A stretch of 64,000 bases of DNA from Bugula neritina. Lineage: Eukaryota; Animalia; Bryozoa. Location: assembly GCA_964035545.1 (NCBI GenBank), contig OZ037773.1:9081751-9145750 (forward strand), read 5' to 3'. Position 1 is the stretch's first letter. Each line of letters begins with the position of its first letter. Below, piece after piece: positions 15,601 through 29,200 of this stretch. A program made the position numbers and the translations under genes. The notes under the pieces were generated by a model. It had not been told where the DNA came from. It did no database searches and was given only the letters and a program-made list of their open reading frames with translations.

Positions 15601-18600
15601 CTTTGAGTAGACTAATCAAGGGTGGAGAGGGCAGTGACTGGAGTTATCTTTACACTGAAAGGTAGTATATCGATAAGAGGTACAGGTTCAATCGCTGCAA
15701 CTGCTAGCAACCCTGAGTTTACTGAACTAGTCACAAATGACTGCTGGAGCTAAATTAGCCCTTCATTGATCAAGTCAGTTCAGCAAACTACAATTTGCAC
15801 AAACTAAAAAGAGTTGCATAAATATTGCCACAACGAGAAACACAATTAGAATGAGATGGAGCTGTTTAACTGATTTAATTACCTCCAAACAAAAGAGAAG
15901 TTGAACAAGCAAATTTCATACCACAACACTTTAATGTTTGAATTCATCTCTCAACAATGTGTTTACATTGATATAAAAGTAACTTAAGGGTTTCTTTATT
16001 GACTAGAGGCAAAAACAAACAACACAATAGAGTAAACGGAATGAATACCTATACTTAGTGGTGGCTCCCAAAAACTATATCAACCATAAGCACGTGTCAG
16101 CGAAAGAGCTTTTAATGGGAAATTTCTATAAGTTTCGAATGGTTGGAGTGTTACTAGTTTTTAGCTGGAATTGGAGTGTGTGCTTTATTCATATTATTGA
16201 ATTTAAGCTGGCAGTCTAACAAGACCACAATTACACTAGTAACAGAAAGTTTCCATGAGCCCATAACTGGATGATAGCAGCTGTCCACTTAGTAGTAATG
16301 AACACAAAAACGCAAATTTATTTCAACATTTTCAATTGGGAATTAAAATTATATTGGCATTAGCTTTCAAGGTCATAAAAGAAGAACTCCTTACTTGATA
16401 TGGTTTAGAAAAAACAGAAATAAAAATTTCAAGAATATAATTGAAAAAGTTTTGGTGAATAATTTCCGTAGCATAGCTGTGGTTATAATATTACCAAGGA
16501 ATTTATATATAGCTCTGAATTGAAGGCTGTTTATTACAAGCAGCACTGATGATATTGTGCAGTGTAGCTGAGAGTTCTATTAGGTATATCCTAGCCTATC
16601 TTTCCCCTTAGCTGCAGCACGTGTACATTGTGATAACAATTATATTACACAGGGCAGATCAATATTTGCCTAAGCAGTTCGTAACTTTGCAGGCATAGTT
16701 TTTTGCTCCACTGAGTTTAGAAAGATAATTAAATTACTGACTAACGTATGCTAATCGCTGTGTATTTTCTATGAATAGCTACTATGCGTCTTTTTATTAA
16801 AAACAAGCTCCTTAGCTATGATAAGTTCAAATGGAAGCTGATTGAATTTTCAGAAGTCGATTTTGTGACAGGAAAACCGTTATGTTGCATTTAGGTTTCT
16901 GAGGATTCCAAGTTTAGAACTTGAAACTGACTAGAGTACTCAAGTCCTTAGCTGACTAAAGGACTCAAGTCCTTAGCTGACTAAAGGACCCAAGTCTTTA
17001 GCTGACTAGATTATTTATTAGGTAAGCAGGCAATGTTTGTTTAGAACTAAACATGTTGTTTGCTCAAAAATGATTGTTATGTCACGCCATATTACTAAGA
17101 AAAAATATTTTTAGCATACCATTTCCTTGCTATGAGCAACAGTCTAAAGGTCCAAGGAAAAACATATCTAAACTGGTTTTGGAGAGGAGGGAGAGGCTCA
17201 GTAATGCTGGCTTTAGATTTTATTAAATTGCACTCTATTTGTTTAAAGAGAGTGGAAAGCTAGCATTTTACAAGTTAACAACCTTGTCAACATCCTCTGA
17301 AGTCAGTGGCAGTCTTTGATTCCAGGTACAAGCATTATACAGGTATTTATAGTATATCATAATTATACAGGTATACATTATAGTACTTATGATAATATAT
17401 TACATTAGTTTACAGAAAAGAAACTTGAAAACCCAATAAAGGAACTTTGGCAAGATTTGCTGAACTCTATAATATTTCGAATTATATATCCTAGAAACAG
17501 GCAATTATTCTGAAAACCAACTACATTAACCCCAGCTATAAATCATTCACATTATTCAAATAAAAGTTAAACAAATATTTTCTGACAAAGTTGGTGTTGA
17601 GCAGCAAAACAAGTCAACCCTCTGCTTCACAATGACAAGAGGTCAATAAGGAAATTAGTCAGGTAGCTGTTTATGAAATCATCATTTTGTTTGTTAGTTT
17701 TTTTCATGACCCTTTCAACTTGGAGGGTCTTTGTCAACAACTATTGTATTGGACAACCTTTTGGCCTTAGTATACTGGTTACACACTTGAAGCTGGTATA
17801 GTCAGAGTTGAGAAGACGGTGATAGTGACTAATTTTGTAACTGGTTGGATTCAGTAAAAGAATTACTGTTGAAATTGGCAGTTTGATTTAATCACGCTAA
17901 TAGTATTACATGATGTTGTCAGATTATAAATGTTACCGAAAATCAATAAATATTATCATAACATATTCAACTCTCCTGTGCAAATAGCAGGGTTAAACTT
18001 CATGCAATACAGTGGCCTGGTCATTGAGTTTCACGCTTGCATTAAATTTAATTCTAGGTAGCTTAAATTAATCTAGCCCTTAATTCTATGACTTAGCAGC
18101 AAACTTTGCTGCAAAAATTAAATAGAAGTATATTAATAAAAGCATATTTGGTTTTTACATAGAACTGAAGCTAAAACTATGACTGTTCAAGTAAATTTCA
18201 TCAGCTATTGGCTAGGAAGCTAATGCTTTGCTTCTGCCATTATATTTCATGGTTACAACAGTTGGCAAAATTTATGGTGAAAATACGTGTATTAATTACA
18301 TACCATAAACATATATCTAGTAAGCAGTACAATAAAAGTACGATCTTATTTATCTGCAGGTACACTATCTCACACATATTAATACCATACCTTGCTCATA
18401 AGGTAATCATTATTATATATTTATTAACACATTCAGTTGGGCAGTTATATTTATCAATATATATAATTACTGTGAGTATATTGGAATGTTAGTAATGAAA
18501 TAGTTAACAACTAGGAGAAAATAATCAAAGATGAGATGAACCACATTCAAAGCAACAACACTAACCCCTCCCCCCTTATTTGCATCCTTGAAATACTGAA

Positions 18601-19521
18601 ATAACTAATTTTGGCCACCAAGTTAACATAGAACATTGCTAATGCTCAATATATCAGTGCTAAGCAAAAGTTAGATACTATCACTGTGACTCTGTAACTC
18701 TGAAAAGGCAGAGCAAGAGATACCTATTTATGTACAACAAAGGAATTTATTAACTCAATTAAACAATTACAATTGGCAATAATAACATTTGCGATCACTA
18801 TTCCTTCTTTTATCAAGACTGCAAGCATTTTAGACTTACAATATTCACATAAATATTCGTATGAATTATAATTATTAATTCTTAATTTTATAATCAATGA
18901 TATAATTGGATAGTATCATTATTCACAATCTCATTGGTAAAACTAATAACTGATAAGTGGTAGTATAAATCTGATTAAAATGTATACCATTCTTCAGTTT
19001 TTTGATATAAAAGAAATATTAGTGGAACTAGAAGAAATTGTCATTATAAAAAAAGTATGAGTATGATTATGTTAATACTAGTATTACTATTAGTACCACC
19101 AAACTCTGTGGAACTGAAGTCACAAGCGTGGCAGAATCCGAATTGGTCATTTTGATTTGGCCATTGCCATAAATTTACCATGATGGTGATACTCATACTG
19201 ATAGTTATAGCCATAGCAAATTACTATTACTATTGGAACTTTATTGTTAACTAAACTTAGAGTAAATATAAATTTCAATATCAATATGACACGGACAGTA
19301 ACACCAACAGTAACTGTTAGTACAACTTTAACCGTAACAACTTTTGATAATTGTTATAAAATAAAAAAGGTAAAGTAAAAAATCAAATGTTTAAAAGTGT
19401 AGTTTGAATGAAAACAAGTGTAAGTCTACGTTTAACTTTTAGTCTTACCTGAAAAATTAGCTAGCGACAGTAACAGTAACTGTAAGTGTAACCAGGTTCC
19501 TAATCCTTTGGCTTTAGTCAT
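486..19521 (-). CDS. Ig-superfamily cell-surface receptor, DCC/neogenin/protogenin-like (5' part: signal peptide + Ig1-Ig4); continues beyond the left edge of the window
   Basis: Minus-strand exons with compatible GT-AG phases: 19521-19449 (MTKAKGLGTWLHLQLLLLSLANFS, signal peptide), 12326-12157, 11515-11377 (LSNGSLSISGFSTQDIGNYHC), 10307-10160 (LVCP..IPAPTITWFKD), 9731-9589 (YDILPSGVLHV..TGTYSC), 2346-2221, 1279-1130, 646-486 (LKCEIIGEPAVTVVWYKNG). A pyrimidine tract at positions ~1-30 (minus) suggests the next exon lies just outside. The Ig call is strong; the DCC-family call is from motif resemblance only. Confidence 0.85.
2380..2630. repeat. AT-rich minisatellite (GTAATATCATA-type) and (ATAAT)n
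   Basis: Visible tandem units. Confidence 0.8.
2870..2990. repeat. Degenerate GCAGCAGTGGTGGATATAG repeat (4 copies)
   Basis: Visible direct repeats. Confidence 0.75.
6840..8110 (+). mobile_element. Possible highly decayed non-LTR retrotransposon (RTE-like) fragments
   Basis: Purine-rich, stop-interrupted frames such as LIKLKIYEVRNLKALLNSI and KRRSRMKHGLMNKLE loosely recall LINE ORF2; no RT core motif seen. Confidence 0.25.
7753..7843. repeat. ~29-bp tandem repeat x3 (CAGCCCTACGTTTACCAGAG core)
   Basis: Three direct copies. Confidence 0.85.
9091..9313. repeat. 20-bp minisatellite (CAGAGAGTCACAGAACAGAG), ~11 copies
   Basis: Visible tandem array; explains ORF 8997-9281. Confidence 0.95.
12421..12698. 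repeat. (TAG)n microsatellite
   Basis: Trinucleotide run; explains the poly-T/L/Y ORFs. Confidence 0.95.
13745..14116. repeat. 15/22-bp minisatellite (CCTTAGCTCACCTAGTAGCTAG)
   Basis: Visible tandem array. Confidence 0.95.
15286..15317 (+). repeat. (GGGGGGT)n G-rich tract with G-quadruplex potential
   Basis: Four runs of 6-7 G separated by single T. Confidence 0.7.
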
Positions 19522-20459
19522 AGTTTAAGCTTTATCCTAGAGGTATACTATAACTATTCCAAAGTAAAAGAGACATCATATATTGTACTGTAGCATCCTG
19601 TAGTTTGAACGTAATTGTGAGAAGTTAAAAACATCTACAAAACAATGAATTGATGTGACTAAGTCTTAAAATGAGTGTTGATCGGATTAGCTACTATTGC
19701 GTATAAAAGCGCTACTACAAGAACATTTGAACAATGTGTATAAGTTGATACACGATCAAGGGCTGTAACTGCACTCAATTCTTATTGGCTACATCGTCCC
19801 AAGACTTTTCATTGATAACCATGAAAACAATACGATAATAATATTTTCATTACGGAGGCGCACTCAATTTGCACTCGATGTTATTGATGCTGGTAACTCT
19901 TTGTTAACATGCTCCTTGGTCAAGTTTTCGAGCTACGCCAAGGCTTTTAGCTTTGATGTAGCTCGAGAGAAGATAAATCTATATTTCAGAACTATCCTAG
20001 TAAATACAATGAACATGTTTTTTGTGCCTGTAAATGTAAAAATCTATATTGTTTCTAGTTAATTATATCACACAGTTTATTTTCTTATCGTATGAAATTT
20101 TTTTTAATTATTTGACATAGCCATTGTATGCATGAACAAAATATGACATTTTATAAGTATAAACAGTTATAAACATATAACATTTCCATACAATAATTTC
20201 TTCATGCTGAATTACCATTCCATCACTTAATGTTGACAATGGTAAAAGATGATATTCTATTTGTGAAGTTATCCTATGCTATGCTTTTACATATTTCCAA
20301 TCTGACAATGATAATACATTTACTGAAATAAAGCTGCATTATTTTGCAGTTGCTCCACCCATAGAGTTATCTCCCCACTGTGGCTTGGCCGTTTTTCTAT
20401 TCCCACATTTTCATTAATTCTTGGTGTCAAGGCTGTTCTTTTCATTGCTCTCTGGATAA

Positions 20460-20815
20460 TATTAATATATAATGAAATTATAATATTATATCATAATAAT
20501 ATCATAATAATATCATAACATTAATATTATATGGATAACTGTGATAATATTCTAATCATTTACATTATCATATTCATATTGACAATCTTGATAGTGAACT
20601 AAGTAGTAGTATTACTATTACTATACTAATAGTAATACTAATAATAATACTAATAGTAAGTACTTACTTAGTCTTAACTCTTATACTAATACTAATACTA
20701 ATAGTAATACTAATGTAATAGTAATACTAATACTAATAGTGGTACTAAAAGTAAGTTTAATATAGTAAAACTGAAAGTAAATCTGATAGTAATACTTATA
20801 CTAATACTAATTCAT
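20460..20815. repeat. (TAA/TAC)-type low-complexity repeat in the divergent intergenic region
   Basis: Visible TAATAC/TAATAG iterations. Confidence 0.75.
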
Positions 20816-21559
20816 AATGTTTAACTTCATCATCATCATGTAATCCCTTCTAGCTCTATTTTTAGTTCTGTTTTGTATTATTTCTTATTTTATTATTTTT
20901 AACTTTACATTTATGGTGCGATCAATTAAAATATTATTAGGTTTGAAATATTAAGCAGTTCTAGATTAAGGTACCTTTAGCTTCAGGCTTAGCTTTATTA
21001 TTATAAATTGAAATATATCAAAAAAATTTCACTTTGTTGCAAAGACTATCTGAAATTACTCAACTTGTGAACTTTGAGACTGTCGCTTCTATTTGTACCA
21101 CGAAGCTCTCTTTGGAGAATATGGTCTAGCGTAGCCTTGGAGCATTAAATCTAAGATAGTTTTTCAATGTGAAACTAACTAGTTACACTTACTGACTAAT
21201 TAGTAACACAGATTTGTTATTAAATATATTTGGGATCACTGGGACCGTTGGTGGGAGATATATTTTAATACAAGTAAAAATTATTCGGTTTTATGTTGGC
21301 CTTTTAGTCTCTCTTTCAGTATACCATTGGAGTTTTTCTACAGTAGCTTTCCTATATAAATTACATTATAGATTTACTGGGCTTGTGCATGAGCCTGAGA
21401 GATTCATTGACGCTAAGTGTGCACCAATTAATATGCCGCTCATTAGCAGCAATATGTGTTTATCTTTAAGTTTTTTCTGTTTACTCTTCTGCAGCTTTCG
21501 GATATGACGATTCCGCAGTGTTATTAAAACTGAAACTCATTTGAAAGGCAACCTTACCA

Positions 21560-24500
21560 ATGGGACAACAAGGAATATGCGAAGACATGTGTCCAAAAAA
21601 AGAGATCAATTTGTACGATAATTTTAGCGATAAAATGGCTAACAAACCTCCAACATTACTCTCTGATAATTATTTTGTAATAATATCGAATACTAATATT
21701 TACTAGCCCGGTTGATGTTTTTCTCTTTCTGAAAAGTGATTTAGCACTTGTTTGCAAGCTGCTGGTGCCACCTTAAGCTGGTACATACTGATTTATTATA
21801 ATATGACTAAGAAATAACATCCTGTTTACAAGGATGCCAATTTATCTACTCGTAAACAAGAAGCTTGTCATGGTGAACGCTGGTTGCCCTGCAATTTCAA
21901 TACAAGTAGTATTATATGAAATTCATTCAAACAGTTAGGTGCCAGCTGAGTTTGTCCAAGCTATATTCCCCATGTTTTATTTCTCAATAGATAAACAGTG
22001 AAGCTGTGTAATGGTTCTAAATCCAGTTCTAACTAAAATATGTACTCCTTGTGTTAATAGCCGAGTCAAGGAACGCTTGCTTCATGAGTTGGAGAAGAGA
22101 GAGGATGGAAGAACTGAGTAAGTCTTAGGTAAAGGAATTGCAATATTTTGCTTATTAGCGTTATTAGGTGAAGGTCCAATGGTTATGGCTACACCTGTTT
22201 GACCTTAACTTCACAGTTATAAGCCAATCACATTTAACTTATGTTCTTTAGAAGAATTAATAGCTGTTTAACTCATGCACCCGCTAAGTCAATTTCTGAT
22301 ATTTTGCCATGCTCAAAAACTTAAATTTAAATGTTTTCTGAATGCGTTATCTTTTTATTTTATAGCCGAAAATTTATTATTTTATTAAATATTTAATGCT
22401 ATGCTACTTTTAGGAAATGTTATTGTATTCCTGGTATATTGTGTAATCAACTGATGACTGTTAGAAAATACTTACTTGTTTTCAATTAGAAATATGATTC
22501 ACAAACACCACTTGCTGGCACCTGTCATAGTACTCACACTGAGGTGTCAACCTGTTGTAGTTTCATTGTAAAGGAGTACAGGAGATCGGCTGCTGGCAGG
22601 GATTCCACTGATGTCAGACAACTCCGAACTAGCAGAGCTCTAGTTCAGACCACCCACTATCTTGTCAATAAGTAACTGTGTTTTATTTTAACTCTAAGTA
22701 AAGACTGCTTGTGTAATACTTACAATCATTTCAATGTTTGTTTTAAATTTACTAGTGAGCATAATCTATACACTTGAACAAATCTTTGTCAAAACTTTGA
22801 ATTCATATTTTTGCAAAACACAGCTGGATGTTTTATTCTAGTTGACTTATTTTACAGTTTATTGAGCAAGGAAAGGGTATTTTAAGTTGTTTTAAAAATA
22901 AATTAATTGAGACTAAGTTGTATTGGATATTGTAAAACGAGGACGTTTAAGCTCTAAGTCTAATCCTTGTTCTGTGTTGGTTGTAGAGTGTGTTCCATGG
23001 ATAGAGACTGGGCGGTGATATATGAGTTTGTATTCGATAGACTGAGAGCTGTGAGACAGGATATGGTTATACAATCTCTGGCTAACCTTGACACTGTTTG
23101 TATTCTAGAAGAGTGCGTGAGATTCTACCTGACTAGCATGGACAGGTGATAGTATAGTGTATAGTACACTTCTCTTTAGTATAGTACACTTCTATGCTCT
23201 ATAGTATAGTGTATAGTATACTGTATAGTGTATAGTATACTATATAGTATAGTGTATAGTGAATAGTATACTGTATAGTATGACATACTGTATAGTGTAC
23301 TGTATAGTATAGTGTATAGTATACTGTATGGTGTATAGTACACTTCTATACTCTATAGTATAGCATACAGTGTACTGTATAATATGGTATACTGTATAGC
23401 ATAGTACTACACTGTATAGCATAGTATTACATTGTTTCTCATAGGCTGAGGAATCGACCAATCAGTGTGTTTGACCCGACTATCAATAATACACACCTGC
23501 AGGAGGTTATAAAACAGCTACTTGTTCAGTACGATGCAGTGCCCCCTGGTGGTACAAAGGCCATGCATCAGGTACAGCTCTACTCGTTTACCTGGTCACT
23601 GGAGTTATTTTTCCTTGCATAATATTAGCAATATGTGACACAGGCAATGCTCATACTAGATATACTGTGGTTTGGAGCGGCTATTTCAACGAGTCAAGTT
23701 GTTCATTAAACAAACAATGTTCTACAGAAGTTAATACAGCTTATTATTACACAGATAAAATACAGTAAGTGTAATAGTTTCAGCTGACTAACACAGATAA
23801 AGTTCAGTATTTGTAGCTGACTAACACTAAAACAATAAAACAGCTCTTTTAGTTAAAAACAGAAAGATTTTCTCTCCTATAAAACTTAATTTATAAATTT
23901 TGTCTGAATTTTTCTTAGAAGTAAAAGTCTTTTAGTATTATTTAGCAGATGTTGGAACAGCACCGGCTAAATATCAACTAGAATTACCTGCGCCAATTTC
24001 TCAGTCTCTGGCGCTCGGCTTAGAGTTCATATTTTATACAATGCAAATGCACTGAAAATTCTCAACCTGAAGCGTCTTGTGTTTGAGATTTTAAACCTTT
24101 GTTTTGTGTTTTTCAGAATCGTACGGAATTTGAAAGTATTTATCTACTCTTTAACTTGAACCACAATGAGGCTCTCTACCACTTCTTGTCGTTGCCTTCA
24201 AATATCAGGTTCGTTCCTCCATCTCTCTACTGTATGCCCTGATATACTATGTATATCTACTTCCATCTCTATTATGTATGTCCTGATATATTGTATATCT
24301 ACTTCCATCTCTCTACTGTATATCCTGATATACTATATATATCTACCTCCATCTCTATACTGTATATCCTGATATACTATATATCTACCTCCATCTCTCT
24401 ACTGTATATCCTAATATACTATATATCTACCTCCATCTCTCTACTGTATATCCTGATATACTATATATCTACCTCCATCTCTCTACTGTATGTCCTGATA

Positions 24501-25312
24501 TACTGTATATCTACTTCCATCTCTATACTGTATGTCCTGATGCGAATTATGATTTTGTAGAAAACAGGAAGTATGTGAGAGGGCGTGGCAAATAAACATG
24601 GCTGCCATTGATCACAACTATGTTAGACTGTTTAGACTGTTGAATCAGCTTACCCTTCTAGAATATTCTGCGGTTCATTGCCATGTTCTTCCTCTGCAAT
24701 GGTCAGTATAACAGTAATGGTTGTGTGTGGTGCTTGGTAATATTCTAATGTACGTCTGCGATTATTCTAGTGTACATCTGCTAATGTTCTAATGTACATC
24801 TGCTAATATTCTAGTGTACGTCTGCTAGTATTCTAGTGTACGTCTGCTAGTATTCTAGTGTACGTCTGCTAGTATTCTAGTGTACGTCTGCTAGTATTCT
24901 ACTGTACGTATGCTAATATTCTAGTATACGTCTGCTAATATTCTAGTTGATGTAGTATTTTGCTCAAGATAAACTTATAAACTATTCTAGTTCTGTACTT
25001 TGCTAAGCATGATAATGTTCATTATTTGTTTAAGTTTCTTTTGCAATAATTTAACTAACATGTATGGAAATATTTTTACTAGTTTTTCTAGTATGTGAGT
25101 CTGTAATGTTGTATTGTTTTTCTGATTGTAGTAACGCCTTGAGACGAATGAATACAGCCTATTCTAGTAAAGCCTGTAAATTCAGTCTATCTGAGCTCTG
25201 CGCTGTGATTGGTCACACATCTTCTCAAGACACGACATCATTACTTCTATCGCACGGAGTCAAGGTCACAGATGGCTGTGTTTCCTTCTTTAAGTCTTCA
25301 TGGCGAGAATAA
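21560..25312 (+). CDS. SAC3D1: SAC3 domain-containing protein 1-like (SAC3/GANP family), ~306 aa, 8 exons
   Basis: Exons 21560-21612, 22061-22117, 22561-22671, 22987-23145, 23445-23571, 24117-24208, 24561-24701, 25132-25312 sum to 921 nt with an open frame. Motifs [73 protein letters not shown] and [12 protein letters not shown] are typical of SAC3/GANP. The short stand-alone length fits SAC3D1 rather than GANP. Confidence 0.9.
23149..23430. repeat. (TATAG)-based satellite filling SAC3D1 intron 4
   Basis: Visible. Confidence 0.9.
24215..24541. repeat. ~40-bp minisatellite (~8 copies) filling SAC3D1 intron 6
   Basis: Unit CTACCTCCATCTCTCTACTGTATATCCTGATATACTATATAT. Confidence 0.95.
24739..24947. 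repeat. 22-bp minisatellite in SAC3D1 intron 7
   Basis: Unit TATTCTAGTGTACGTCTGCTAG. Confidence 0.9.
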
Positions 25313-26225
25313 TTGTAGTTTTTCTAAACTTATTTGTGTAAAAGTTTCAAAATCAAATTATTTCAATTTTACTGACCGAGTCTGTAAAACTAAGTGAATG
25401 TTAGGAAATTGCTTTATTGTGACTCGCATATGTTTGCGTATAAATTTTATCATTTGTATATTTCCACGAAAGATTATCTTACTCATAGATGGAGTGAATA
25501 AATTTGTCATATATTATTTTTATTGCAACATTTATTTAATGTTATTCCTTCCTCTCCCAGCTTTTATACTTGCATCGCTTAATGATGGGACAGGAATCTT
25601 GATACATAAATCTACTTGTTTGTCAATTGTATATAATGACTTATGCTTATGTGTAAATATGATGTTTATTTCAGAATTAAATATAGTTTAATGAATGAAT
25701 GTTATTGCATCATGTTTATGAATTGAACAGAAATAAATTTTGTAATAAAATGAATTAACCTAATCCTGTCATGTATGGTAGTAGATTCAGATATGGTACA
25801 ATGCTAAGAGTTGTGTGCTCTCGCACTCAAGTTGATGTATTCCCTCTCTATTGAAATGTGCTCCAGTACTTTTCTACAGAAATTGTAACTTTACTGCATC
25901 AATGAGTAAACTATAAAGATATACTTTTTAAATGATATAATTTGTTAATTCAATGTATTTTATATACTTCAGCATATTAATCAGCGCAGCTAATGCTAAT
26001 CCAAGGCGCAACAACTTCACTTATGTTGCGGACTAAATACTGCTTCAATCAATAACTGAATTATTATGAAAAATAAAATAATTTTTCATTCTTGAATTGA
26101 CTTTGCTGCCATTTGGTCGACCATATATCTCATTCATATCACATTACATTAACTTTTCCTCTCACACCTAATCAGACTGCATACAGCTACTGCTTTATTT
26201 CATTCTCTATAAGTTCTACCAAAAC

Positions 26226-29200
26226 ATGTTCTCCAAAATCCTTTGGCTAAAGTTGCTGCTGCTGTGTTTGCAGAGCGGGTTTGCGGTGTGCAATGTTTTA
26301 GGTAAGTATATATAGTTCTATTTGCATATAAATTAAGCAATATTTAATGATTTGAAAATGTTTAGTTCATATCTGTCATTATGTAGTTCATTGCTTGCTT
26401 TAATATACTTATATAATATAATACAGTATAATATAATATAATATAATATAATACAATGCAATATAATATAATATAATACAATATAATATAATATAATATA
26501 ATACAATATAATATAATATAATGTAATACAATGCAATATAATATAATACAATATAATATATTATATAATACAGCAATAAAATATTATTACTCATACTAAG
26601 CCTTATTTGAACTTTACGTATATGTGTATTGCTTGCTATGAATACATAACAAATGTTTGCTAACCTAAGATATTAGTGTTATATATTTATTATTATATTT
26701 TACAATTGAAGCAGGCCTCTGATGATTCCGTGCAGCTGCTTCCCTATGTTGATGTTATTTTCAGAGTTACCCACTTGCTCTAGAGGTGCTGTTACCAAAG
26801 ACGTCACTATTGCCAGTAACAGCTCAATGATTACTCAGAAATCTAATGCTAGGAGTTTAGCTGAATGCGTCACTAACTGCATGATGTCATATCCTGTTAA
26901 ATGTAACTCGGCGTTCAAAGACAAAACGAGCAGTGAGTGGAGAACACATAATGGTGACATATTTTAGTGAAAAACCCTTTTTATAAGAAATCAAACTTTC
27001 TCCTTATCATTGAATAAAGTATCAATAACAAAATGGTTTGGTTGATAAATAATCATGTATTGTTTTATCAGCCTCGAGATCCTTAATTTTGAGCTTTATA
27101 ATATTGTACATGTATGTTATAGTTGGTAAAAAACAAAACCTTATGATTGCATAAATACTGAATCTTTTAGATCTCTGCTATGAAATGAATGGCACTGAGA
27201 CTACAACTAATCCTTCTGATGACCAAATGTACAGAGTTGGACATCTAGTAGAAATTATGACCACTGGAAAGGTATAGTGTTGTATTTCCTAGTTAAGCAC
27301 TGTTTGTTCTCCCCAGTTATTTAGTATTCTAAAGCATCAAAATATTACCAAAAAATGAGATATTTTTCCTAGCAATGAAAACCTACCAATTTCAAGTTAA
27401 GAAAAGAAACCCAGAATCATTGTAGGAAAGGATTTGTATGTTATATATAGATGCATGTTTGTTGTTTAACTTAAAATGATCCCACCAGGAATTTAAGATG
27501 ATTTTTTTTTTAAAAGAAGTGATAAATTCTAATTTTTGGCAACAAATGTGTGTACCTTGTTCTCTCGTCACAGAGTAACATTAATCTATTGCAGAAGGGA
27601 GATTGTGGTGGGGGACAATGTCCTGATAACCAGGTCTGCATGGTGGGCTGTGCTGGGGAAGAACAGGTTCCTCCAGTGTGTCTTGGTAAACTTCATCTCT
27701 CTCTCCATTGTTACCCAGTCATACAAATCTATTGTAATAAATAGAGTAAACCTCAGGATTTAAAATGTTATAGGTGTCAGATAATAACATGCTTGATGCA
27801 CTACACTACAGTTGCACTATACTATATATACCACAGTACAATACACTGGACTACACTACACTGCACTGCACCACACTACACTACACTACACTACACTACA
27901 CTACACTACAATACACTACACTACACTACACTACACTACACTACACTACACTACACTACACTACACTACACTACACTACACTACACTACACTACACTACA
28001 CTACACTACACTACGTACACTACAGTTGCACTATACTATATATATACCACAGTACACTACACTGGACTACACTACACTGCACTGCACTGCACTAAACTAC
28101 ACTACGTACACTACAGTTGCACTATACTATATATACCACAGTACACTACACTGGACTACACTACACTGCACTGCACTGCACTGCACTGCACTGCACTGCA
28201 CTGCACTGCACTGCACTGCACTGCACTGCACTGCACTGCACTGCACTGCACTGCACTACACTACATTACAATTCACTACAGTTGCACTATACTACAGCAC
28301 ACTATACTACATGTTATGCTGCGCTGCACTTATGCACTACCTATACATTATTATAACATTACTATTGAATAAATTGAATTTAATTTATAAAAACAGTTTT
28401 TATGTGAGTATAGAAAATTTGTATTTGGTAAAATTTCATGACCCAGTATTTAAGTCTGTGTTTATGTGGACTTTAGCTGATCAGCGGACTGAGTGTGACC
28501 TGATGAATGAATACGGAGGAATCAGACACTACTGGAGTGACGAGGTATCTGATGCCAGAGATAATGGTGTCATCATGGTTAGTATATACGGGTAGATTAT
28601 ATGTATCTCTACTAGCTGATTCGTCTGGTTTCTGGGTTCAGACTAAATTGCTAAAATGTTAAAAACTGTTATAATTCACGTTGCTATTTGGCGCTTCTGA
28701 AACTCTCTTTTAATAATAAGATGAAAACAATTTTATTCTAGCATTTTCTACAAGCTAATGTTGGCAATGTTTTCTGACATCGATTTATTGTTACTTTAAC
28801 TGATATGAAATAAACAGGTATATACACTTATATAGCTTTTAATGACATAAAAGATGATATATTACATAATACAGTGTAATGTACTGTACTTGAATGACAA
28901 AAGCTATCAAAGTAAGCTTTGTAATATTAATTGCGATTTCTGTTAGTAATACATTATTACAACTGTAAGCACTGAATATTGCAAAGATGAAAGGGTCCAT
29001 GTTTGTAATTCATAATAGTAACAGAAAAAATTAATTACTTAATATCATACAGCAGATTTAAATTATTGATTGAAGTTTTATCTTCCTACAAGGGTTAGTG
29101 ACTTCGTAAATAAGAACTGGTTCAAACATAACTTATTGGTAAACCAGAATAATAGTGAGTAAATATAATAAGTATATAGTAGATAAATCAAGTATATAGC

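Noticed and set aside
27774-28595. 273-aa ORF and overlapping HYTTL/HCTAL ORFs
   Set aside because: Translation of a pentamer satellite in an intron; only 28477-28577 is a real exon.
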